Translations under genes and position numbers: made by a program
The notes under the pieces: model-generated
Told to the model about the DNA's origin: nothing
Seen by the model: the letters and a program-made list of their open reading frames with translations, nothing else
The model's database searches: none
DNA from: Betaproteobacteria bacterium UBA2592
GTDB taxonomy: Bacteria > Pseudomonadota > Gammaproteobacteria > Burkholderiales > Rhodocyclaceae
DNA length: 64,000 nt
Direction: 5' to 3'
Assembly: GCA_002340095.1 (NCBI GenBank)
Contig: DDKS01000067.1
Coordinates: forward strand, 831-64,830
Shown: piece by piece, positions 41,982 to 48,722 of the stretch
Position numbering within the stretch: the stretch's first letter is position 1
Layout of the letters: each line of letters begins with the position of its first letter

Positions 41982-42578
41982 ATGTCATCTCCGGAAATTC
42001 TGTGGGCGCTCGCGACCTACGCCTTCGTCATGACCATCACCCCCGGACCCAACAACCTGTTGCTGCTGTCGTCCGGGCTGACCTTCGGACTGAGCCGCAC
42101 GGGCCGGCACATGGCCGGCATCCTGTCCGGCGTGCTGTTGCAGATTTGCGTCACGGGCGCGGGGCTCGGCATTCTGTTCGCCCGATTCCCGGATCTTCAG
42201 ACCGTTCTGAAGCTGGCGGGCACGCTTTACATGCTCTGGCTGGCAGAACGCCTCTGGCGCGCAAGCGAACCCCGGGACCCGACCCTTGCACGGCCCATCG
42301 GTTTTGGAGCTGCCATGCTGTTCCAGTTCGTCAACCCCAAATCCTGGATCATGGCCACCACGGTCATCACGGCCTTCGTGCCTGCGGGCGAGGCTTACGC
42401 CGGGCGCGTGCTGACGGCCGGCCTGATCTTCACCGGCGTCGCACTGCCCTGCGTGAGCATCTGGGCAGCCAGCGGCGCCTGGCTGCGCTCCCTGGTACGA
42501 GACACGGTCGCGCGGCAAAGGATCAACCGGAGCATGGCGGCCCTGTCCGCGCTGACAGCCATCCTGTTCTGGCAATGA
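41982..42578 (+). CDS. LysE/RhtB family amino-acid exporter
   Basis: MSSPEILWALATYAFVMTITPGPNNLLLLSSGLTFG (the LysE signature PGPN). GAGGAGG sits 6 nt upstream. Confidence 0.87.
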   Translation: MSSPEILWALATYAFVMTITPGPNNLLLLSSGLTFGLSRTGRHMAGILSGVLLQICVTGAGLGILFARFPDLQTVLKLAGTLYMLWLAERLWRASEPRDPTLARPIGFGAAMLFQFVNPKSWIMATTVITAFVPAGEAYAGRVLTAGLIFTGVALPCVSIWAASGAWLRSLVRDTVARQRINRSMAALSALTAILFWQ

Positions 42579-42595
42579 ACGAAGGAGAACCGTGA

Positions 42596-43132
42596 ATGCA
42601 TGAAATGCGCTTCTTGACGTTGATGGCCGATTACAACCGCTGGATGAACGAGAAACTCTATGCGGTCTGCGCGCAAATGCCAGACGAGACACGAAAACGT
42701 GATCTCGGTGCCTTCTTCCGCTCCATACACGGCACCCTCAATCATCTCCTGCTTGTGGATCTGCTATGGCTCGGCCGTATCACCGGCAACCCCTTTCCGA
42801 TCCAATCGCTCGATCAGGAGTTGCATGCGGACTTCTTGACATTGAAATGCGAACGGCAAAAAACCGATGGCATCCTTGCGGCGCGTGTGGCCGAACTGCA
42901 CCCGGCACGCTTCACCGAACCGTTGACCTACACCTCCCTCGTGAAGAAGGAATCGGTGATGCTTCCCCTTGGTCTGATCCTGACCCACCTGTTTCATCAT
43001 CAGACCCACCACCGTGGCCAGATCACCACGCTGATCTCGCAGCTTGGTTACGACATGGGCGATACCGACATGATCTTCATGCCCGATGCGGGGACTGCCT
43101 ACTTTCCTTCCCGGCTTGCGGCGGAGGCATGA
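42596..43132 (+). CDS. DinB family protein
   Basis: FLTLMADYNRWMNEKLY...FRSIHGTLNHLLLVDLLW...LTHLFHHQTHHRGQITTLI, the His triad of the DinB/YfiT fold. GAAGGAGAA sits 6 nt upstream. Confidence 0.82.
   Translation: MHEMRFLTLMADYNRWMNEKLYAVCAQMPDETRKRDLGAFFRSIHGTLNHLLLVDLLWLGRITGNPFPIQSLDQELHADFLTLKCERQKTDGILAARVAELHPARFTEPLTYTSLVKKESVMLPLGLILTHLFHHQTHHRGQITTLISQLGYDMGDTDMIFMPDAGTAYFPSRLAAEA
42600..42726 (+). repeat. Repeat copy A1 (5' end of dinB), partner of 45280-45406
   Basis: Aligned by eye at offset 2680. I count 3 mismatches (42680, 42714, 42724) before similarity breaks down. Confidence 0.85.
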
Positions 43133-43164
43133 CAAGCACGGAACCGGCCGTGCGTCGGAAGTTC

Positions 43165-43235
43165 GGCCGCCCTGCTAGTTCGCCCGGCGCACCCCATAGG
43201 TCTGCAGGGCGGCACGCGTCTGCGATGCTTCGGTG
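43165..43235 (+). repeat. Repeat copy A2 (3' end of the PNPOx-like gene), partner of 45409-45479
   Basis: ggccgCcctgctagttcgcccggcgcaccccaTaggtctgcagggcggcacgcg versus ggccgTcctgctagttcgcccggcgcaccccaGaggtctgcagggcggcacgcg. Similarity weakens after about 58 nt. Confidence 0.8.
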
Positions 43236-43648
43236 GTTTCGGAAGGAAACAGGATGTAGCTGGGCGCGATGATCGGGTGAATCTCGACAGCACGGATGAC
43301 GAACACCGAGTGGATCGGAAAGCGGTCACCCACCCTTGCATTCAAAGGCGCCGCCCATCCGGCATACCCGGGCGAGCAGGGTTTCCACTCGGTCGCCGTG
43401 CCGATCACCTTGAAGCCCTTCTGGACGAAAATGTCGATGAAACTCAGGCATACCAAGGGGTTTACGGCAATGTTCCGTGCCGAACAGGGCGAGGCAATGT
43501 TGGCCACCACGATATGTTCGTCATCCGCAATGGCCCAGACTTCTTTCGGCGAAACGTTCGCCTGGCCCTTTTCGTCAGTGGTTGCCAGCCAGCACAGGAC
43601 ACTTCGGCTTGCGATTTCTCGGATGTCGGCAGTGAACATGGATGCCAT
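43175..43648 (-). CDS. Pyridoxamine 5'-phosphate oxidase-like FMN-binding split-barrel protein
   Basis: MASMFTADIREIASRSVLCWLATTDEKGQANVSPKEVWAI...IVVANIAS...NPLVCLSFID. AGGAGC sits 10 nt before ATG 43648. Confidence 0.7.
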   Translation of the reverse strand: MASMFTADIREIASRSVLCWLATTDEKGQANVSPKEVWAIADDEHIVVANIASPCSARNIAVNPLVCLSFIDIFVQKGFKVIGTATEWKPCSPGYAGWAAPLNARVGDRFPIHSVFVIRAVEIHPIIAPSYILFPSETTEASQTRAALQTYGVRRAN

Positions 43649-43875
43649 GGTGAAGGTTGCTCCTGCAGTGCCAGGATATGGCGCCATCGTAGGGGAGGGA
43701 AGCCTCGCCGGCAACTCTCCCGGGCGATGCGGCAGCATCGGGGCGCCCCCTTGCGCAAACAGCCACCGGAAAATTCATTGCCGGGCAGCAGCACAAGGCC
43801 TGGCATGATGCCCCCGCCCCCTGGAATCAGGCCCGAGGGCACCCCGGCCTGACCTGACCTGACTTGCAGTCGGAC

Positions 43876-44367
43876 ATGAAAATGAACCTGGAAATACGCG
43901 AATTCGTCGAATCAGACCGTGCGCACCTGCGGAAGCTCTATGTCGCCTCCCGGGCCGCTGCGTTTCCGTGGCTGCCCCCCTCACGGCTTCGACTGGAGGA
44001 TTTTGACCGGGATACCCGGGAAGAGCGGGTCATCGTGGCACTCCTGGGGGCAACCCCGGCAGGCTTCGCATCCATCTGGGAGCCGGACCACTTCCTGCAC
44101 AATCTTTTCGTTCACCCGGATCATTTCCGCAAGGGGATTGGCAGAGCCCTGATCGGGCACTGCATGCCTTGCTTCGGGGGGCATGCAGCCCTGAAGTGCC
44201 TCAAGTCGAACGCCGGTGCCCATGCCTTTTATCTTCACCTGGGGTGGCGCGTGGCCGAATCTGGCGAATCGCCGGAGGGCCCGTATTTCCTGATGACGAT
44301 CGGGCGCCCTCCGCATCAGGAACCCCGCCACCGGCAGCAACCCGTTGAACCTAAAAACCTTATTTGA
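43876..44367 (+). CDS. GNAT family N-acetyltransferase
   Basis: LEIREFVESDRAHLRKLY..., acetyl-CoA motif LFVHPDHFRKGIGRALI, FYLHLGWRV. The start is uncertain (TTG 43864, ATG 43876 or 43882). The last roughly 19 aa (PPHQEPRHRQQPVEPKNLI) look like read-through. Confidence 0.72.
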   Translation: MKMNLEIREFVESDRAHLRKLYVASRAAAFPWLPPSRLRLEDFDRDTREERVIVALLGATPAGFASIWEPDHFLHNLFVHPDHFRKGIGRALIGHCMPCFGGHAALKCLKSNAGAHAFYLHLGWRVAESGESPEGPYFLMTIGRPPHQEPRHRQQPVEPKNLI

Positions 44368-44432
44368 CATGGTGCAATCTGCCGGGAAATGAGGCAGGGT
44401 GCGGGTTTTGTGACGTTTGAGGGAGTCACCCA

Positions 44433-45263
44433 ATGGGTGAGTCGATGATGACGGCGCTGGAAGCGCGTGACCAACCCTATCTCTTCAAGCTCAAGCTCTC
44501 GAAGAACGTCAAGCGCCACATCGGACGCATCTTCCGGGAAGCCGGCTGGAGCGATGCCGGCCAAGGCTGGGAGGGCAAGGATGGCGAGCTCTTGCTGACC
44601 GGCTGGGAAGCGAAGCGCCGGGTCGTCGTGCTGCGCCGTGCGCTCAAGGGCGAGGTCATGATGGCGGGGGAGGATGACGGCCAGCCATGGCTGGGGTTCA
44701 TCGAGGCAGATCGCAAGGCCGGCAAGCAAATTACCGGCTACGAATATGCGGTGTTGGTCACCAACACCGACTACGAGATCCTCTCCCTCGGACAGCTTTA
44801 CCGGGATCGCGCCGACGCGGAGAACGCCTTCGACGAGTTGAAAAACCAGTGGGGCTGGGGCGGCTTCACCACCCATGACCTGCATCGCTGCCAGTTGGCC
44901 GCCCGAACCGTGGCGCTCGTCTACAACTGGTGGAGCCTCTTCGTTCGTCTGGCCAACCCCGAATCGCGCCTCGAAGCCATCACCAGCCGTCCCTGGCTGA
45001 TGGCCTCGGTGGGCCGCCGGACGGAGCATGCCGGACAGACGACGATTATCCTGACCGGCCTGCACGCCCATTTCGAGAAGGCCCGGGCAGCCCTGATGCG
45101 AGTCTCCACCTTGCTTCAGGGCTGGAGCGCCCAGGCTGCGGAGCAGTTGGCCACCACCACCGTCTGGCTTCGCGTCTGCGATCATCTCAAGCGCCTCCTG
45201 GCAACCATCGGCCCCCCGCCAACCCATCGTTTGCTCGAAAATCATGCAAACGGAAGCGGTTAA
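44433..45263 (+). mobile_element. 5'-truncated IS4-superfamily DDE transposase remnant
   Basis: Carries the Y-(2)-R-(3)-E-(6)-K signature YRDRADAENAFDELK at 44799-44843, followed by NQWGWGGFTT. The frame is closed at 44418, and the roughly 65 nt between the GNAT stop and this ORF cannot hold the N-terminal Asp-containing half. Confidence 0.7.
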
Positions 45264-45279
45264 CTACGGTTTTTTTAGG

Positions 45280-45479
45280 ATGAAATGCGCTTCTTGACGT
45301 TGATGGCCGATTACAACCGCTGGATGAACGAGAAACTCTATGCGGTCTGCGCGCAAATGTCAGACGAGACACGAAAACGTGATCTCGGTGCCTGCTTCCG
45401 CTCTATCAGGCCGTCCTGCTAGTTCGCCCGGCGCACCCCAGAGGTCTGCAGGGCGGCACGCGGCTTCGATGCCCTCGGC
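45280..45479 (+). repeat. Diverged, internally deleted second copy of the dinB 5' end fused to the PNPOx 3' end (dinB' remnant)
   Basis: 45280-45406 matches 42600-42726 and 45409-45479 matches 43165-43235, so the equivalent of 42727-43164 is missing. The residual frame MRFLTLMADYNRWMNEKLYAVCAQMSDETRKRDLGACFRSIRPSC ends in a stop. Confidence 0.85.
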
Positions 45480-45587
45480 ATTTATGCCAGAAAACGTGGA
45501 AAAACACCGGGAAATACGGCTTTTTCGTAAAAAAGGCAAAAAACCGAGGAAGGCCACGCCCCCGGGCGCGCTGCGGCGCAGTGCCGC

Positions 45588-45620
45588 AAAAAAAGGCCAG
45601 ATCCGGAGATCTGGCCTTTT
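45588..45620 (-). terminator. Rho-independent terminator after tRNA-Pro
   Basis: Minus strand reads AAAAGGCCAGATC-TCCG-GATCTGGCC followed by TTTTTTT. Confidence 0.8.
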
Positions 45621-45632
45621 GTCTGAATCAAA

Positions 45633-45709
45633 TGGTCGGGGCGGCGGGATTCGAACTCGCGACCCCTTGCACCCCATGCAAGTGCGCTACCAGGCTGCGC
45701 CACGCCCCG
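45633..45709 (-). tRNA. tRNA-Pro (anticodon GGG)
   Basis: Acceptor CGGGGCG/CGCCCCG, D-arm GCGC..GCGC, anticodon arm CTTGC-ATGGGGT-GCAAG, encoded CCA. The T-stem GCGAG/CCCGC has one A-C mismatch. Confidence 0.88.
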
Positions 45710-45720
45710 ACGAGCTGCGC

Positions 45721-45749
45721 ATTATATAGACTTCAATGGCGGTGCGCAA
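45721..45749 (-). promoter_or_regulatory. Sigma-70-type promoter for tRNA-Pro
   Basis: Minus strand reads TTGCGC, a 17-nt spacer, TATAAT, then the GC-rich discriminator GCGCAGCTCG, then the tRNA. Confidence 0.45.
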
Positions 45750-45786
45750 GCCTTTTCTGCATTGTTCCCTGTTCCTTTTGCGCCCT

Positions 45787-46059
45787 TCAGCCGCCCTGGT
45801 CCTCGATCCCGTACTTTTTCTCCAGCCGGCGCATGGCGAGCGCATAGCAGCCGACCACCAGCACGTAGATGATCAGGCTGCCCTGGGCCGCCATGTAGAA
45901 CCCCAGGGGAAAGCCGAAGAAGGAAAAGCCGTTGAGGCTGTCGGCAAAGTAGCTGGCCACGTAGGTCACCAGCACCCAGATCAGCAGCAGGGCCAGGGTC
46001 AGCTGCCGGTTGCGCAGCCAGTAACGCTGCTTCCGCTGTTCGAGCTCAGGGGTTTTCAT
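45787..46059 (-). CDS. DUF4212 protein (putative solute:sodium symporter small subunit)
   Basis: [58 protein letters not shown], 2 TM segments. Its ATG overlaps the symporter stop (ATGA at 46056-46059). Confidence 0.85.
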   Translation of the reverse strand: MKTPELEQRKQRYWLRNRQLTLALLLIWVLVTYVASYFADSLNGFSFFGFPLGFYMAAQGSLIIYVLVVGCYALAMRRLEKKYGIEDQGG

Positions 46060-48086
46060 AGGGCCGGATACCGCACGCTTTCGACGAATTCCTGGATTTC
46101 CCGGGACGGGGGCGGGGTCAGCAGGCTGACCACCAGGATGACCAGCATGCCCGTGCCCACGCCCCAGACACCGGCGGCGATGGACTGGATGCCGAACCAG
46201 GGCTCCATGCGCAGGTCATGCAGGCCCAGCCAGGCGATGTGGTCCACCTCGAGCCGGACGATGTAGTAGAGACAGACCAGCCCCCCGACGAGCATCCCGG
46301 CGATGGCCCCCTGCTTGTTGGCGCGTTTCCAGAAGATGCCCAGCACCAGGGCCGGGAAGAAGGCCGAAGCCGCCAGGGAGAAGGCCCAGGCCACCATGTA
46401 GAGGATGGTGCCGGGCTTCTGGGCCGCCACCGTGGCCGCCAGCACCGCCACCACCAGGAGCAGGGACTTGGAAATCACCAGGCGCCACTGGGTCGAGGCA
46501 TCGGGACGGATGATGCGGTAATAAACGTCGTGGGATAGGGCGCTGGTGATGGTGAGCAAGAGGCCGTCGGCGGTGGACAAGGCCGCGGCCAGACCACCGG
46601 CCGCCACCAGGCCGGAAATGACGTAGGGCATGCCGGCGATTTCGGGCATGGCCAGCACGATCACGTCCGGGTTGAGGCTGAGTTCGGCCAGTTGCAGGCG
46701 GCCATCCCCGTTGATGTCCTCGATGCTCACCAGCCCCACTCGGCTCCAGGCCGAGAACCAGGCGGGCAGCTTGTCGAGCTCCAGGTTGACCAGGTGGGTG
46801 TAGATCTCGAACTTGGCGAACACGGCGTAGGCCGGGGCCGTGAGGTAGAGGAGCATGATGAACAGCAGGGACCAGAACACCGATTCCCGGGCCTGCCCCA
46901 CCGTGGGCGTGGTGTAGTAGCGGATCAGCACGTGCGGCAGCGCCGCGGTCCCGATGGTGAGGCAGAACACCAGGGCGAGGAAATTGATCCTGGCCTGATC
47001 CCGCTCCTGCTCCGTGTCCCCCGGGTAGGCCTGGGCATGGGGCCTGGGTGCCCGGGCCTTTTCCTCGGCCAGGCGCATTTCCTCGAGCCAGCGTTCCCGC
47101 GCCAGTTCCGGCGTGGCCGGCAGATCCCGCCGCTGGCGCTCCAGGGCGATGATGTCCCGGGCATGGGCGTCGCTGTCCTTCAGGGCGTTGATGCGCCGGG
47201 TGATGGCATCCCGCTCTTCCTGCAGGGATACGGGCAGTCGCTCAATCTTTTCCCGGAAGGTGGCGGCCCGGGCGGCATACTGCTCCCGGGCCGCCACCTC
47301 GCCGGGCCGGACAAACAGCTCCTGCTCCACCTCGCCCACCTGGGCCAGCACCTGGCCGTACATCACCTGGGGCACGGGCACGCCGGTGTTCTGGTAGGAG
47401 AGGATGGCCACGGGCACCACGTAGGCCACGATCAGGATCACGTACTGGGCCACCTGGGTCCAGGTCACGGCGCGCATACCCCCCAGGAAGGAGCAGACCA
47501 GGATGCCGGCCAGGCCGACAAACACCCCCACCTCGAACTGCAGGCCGACAAAACGGCTGGTGATCAGGCCCACCCCATAGATCTGGGCCACCACATAGAC
47601 GAAGGAGCAGAGGATGGCGGCGCCCACCCCCACCAGCCGGGCGCCATTGCCGCCATAACGGGCGCCGAGGAAGTCGGGAATGGTGTACTGGCCGAAACGG
47701 CGCAGGTAGGGCGCGAGCAGCAGGGCCACCAGCACGAAGCCACCGGTCCAGCCAAGCACGTAGGCCAGCCCCTGATAACCGGCCAGATACAAGGTGCCCG
47801 CCAGACCGATGAAGGAGGCTGCGCTCATCCAGTCGGCCCCGGTGGCCATGCCGTTGAAGATGGCCGGCACCCGGCGCCCGGCCACGTAATACTCGGACAC
47901 GTCGGCGGTGCGGCTCAGGACGCCGATGGCGGCATAAAGGAAGATGGTGAAGAACAAGAATACATAGCCGATCCAGCGCGCCGGCATGCCCTGGTACTCC
48001 AAAAAGGCCAGGGTGCCGATCAGGGCCAGGAAACCGCAGGTATACCAGCTGTAGTAGCGGCGCAACTGCTGGGAGAAGGTGCTCAC
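46056..48086 (-). CDS. Sodium:solute symporter family permease, VC2705/ActP-like
   Basis: EYYVAGRRVPAIFNGMATGADWMSAASFIGLAG..., many TM segments plus a long charged cytoplasmic insert (residues around 250-345). The GTG start directly follows the upstream stop. Confidence 0.9.
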   Translation of the reverse strand: MSTFSQQLRRYYSWYTCGFLALIGTLAFLEYQGMPARWIGYVFLFFTIFLYAAIGVLSRTADVSEYYVAGRRVPAIFNGMATGADWMSAASFIGLAGTLYLAGYQGLAYVLGWTGGFVLVALLLAPYLRRFGQYTIPDFLGARYGGNGARLVGVGAAILCSFVYVVAQIYGVGLITSRFVGLQFEVGVFVGLAGILVCSFLGGMRAVTWTQVAQYVILIVAYVVPVAILSYQNTGVPVPQVMYGQVLAQVGEVEQELFVRPGEVAAREQYAARAATFREKIERLPVSLQEERDAITRRINALKDSDAHARDIIALERQRRDLPATPELARERWLEEMRLAEEKARAPRPHAQAYPGDTEQERDQARINFLALVFCLTIGTAALPHVLIRYYTTPTVGQARESVFWSLLFIMLLYLTAPAYAVFAKFEIYTHLVNLELDKLPAWFSAWSRVGLVSIEDINGDGRLQLAELSLNPDVIVLAMPEIAGMPYVISGLVAAGGLAAALSTADGLLLTITSALSHDVYYRIIRPDASTQWRLVISKSLLLVVAVLAATVAAQKPGTILYMVAWAFSLAASAFFPALVLGIFWKRANKQGAIAGMLVGGLVCLYYIVRLEVDHIAWLGLHDLRMEPWFGIQSIAAGVWGVGTGMLVILVVSLLTPPPSREIQEFVESVRYPAL

Positions 48087-48719
48087 TCAGGACTCCCCGT
48101 GCAACCAGCGGCGCGCCCTGACCTGCTCCTGCAGCGCTGCCGGCGTCTCGATGCCCCGGGTGCGGGCAGCATTGAGCAGCCGCTGCAGCAGGCGGGCCAG
48201 CAGCAGGGCATCCTGCATCGGATCCCGCACAGCTTCGGGTCCCAGGCCTGCCTGCTCGAGCCAATGGTCCAGAGTGGCATCCGGCAGCGCTGCCTCCCGG
48301 TGGATTTCCGGCAGCAGCACCGCCAGGTCCAGCCACATGGAGCGGAACTCCAAGTCCAGGCTGGCTTCCAGGGCCTGCTCCAGAAACGGGCGCAGGAAAG
48401 GCAGCTGGAAGCCGACCAAGGGGGCCTTGCCGACGAACTCCAGCCAGGCAAGCCAGGCTTCCGGGTCAGGCTGGCCGGGTTCAATCCAGAAGGCATCGTC
48501 CGGGCGGATGCGGCCGTGGGTGAGCCCTACTGCCGCCAGGGAGCGGATGGCATGGCTCTGGGGGTCCAACCCGTCGGTCTTCAGGGACAGCACCACATAG
48601 CGGGTCTGGTAGTGGGCCTGCCCCAGGGAGGGCGGTGCCAGGGCCTGCCAGGCCTGCAGACGCTGCTGCTGCGGGATGGACAGGAGTGGCGCGTTTTTTC
48701 CGAAGAAGCGCATGGGCAT
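48087..48719 (-). CDS. DnaQ/RNase T-fold protein with substituted catalytic residues (pseudo-exonuclease)
   Basis: Aligns to the exonuclease domain of the 723-aa protein in this cluster, with substitutions: VVLSLKTDGLDP vs VFDTETTGLEP, LVGFQLPFLRPFL vs LVAHNAAFDMRFL, VRDPMQDALL vs RHNALGDAYA. Confidence 0.7.
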   Translation of the reverse strand: MPMRFFGKNAPLLSIPQQQRLQAWQALAPPSLGQAHYQTRYVVLSLKTDGLDPQSHAIRSLAAVGLTHGRIRPDDAFWIEPGQPDPEAWLAWLEFVGKAPLVGFQLPFLRPFLEQALEASLDLEFRSMWLDLAVLLPEIHREAALPDATLDHWLEQAGLGPEAVRDPMQDALLLARLLQRLLNAARTRGIETPAALQEQVRARRWLHGES

Positions 48720-48722
48720 GGC

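Larger units (their letters stand above)
39190..45632. other. Variable islet bounded by tRNA-Ser(GGA) and tRNA-Pro(GGG)
   Basis: Accessory-type genes (MocR, SnoaL, LysE, DinB, PNPOx, GNAT), a truncated transposase, a diverged partial duplication, and AT-richer patches visible by eye. I found no integrase and no att-like tRNA repeat. Confidence 0.5.

Noticed and set aside
43876-44367. The GNAT gene as a TacT/AtaT-type toxin of a toxin-antitoxin pair
   Set aside because: There is no small RHH or antitoxin ORF upstream or overlapping it. The upstream neighbour is a divergent flavoprotein gene 228 nt away.
39190-45632. The islet as an intact integrative element or prophage remnant
   Set aside because: No integrase, excisionase or conjugation genes. 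I could not find a direct repeat of either tRNA 3' end. The only mobility gene is a truncated transposase. I treat it as an eroded variable locus and not an active element.
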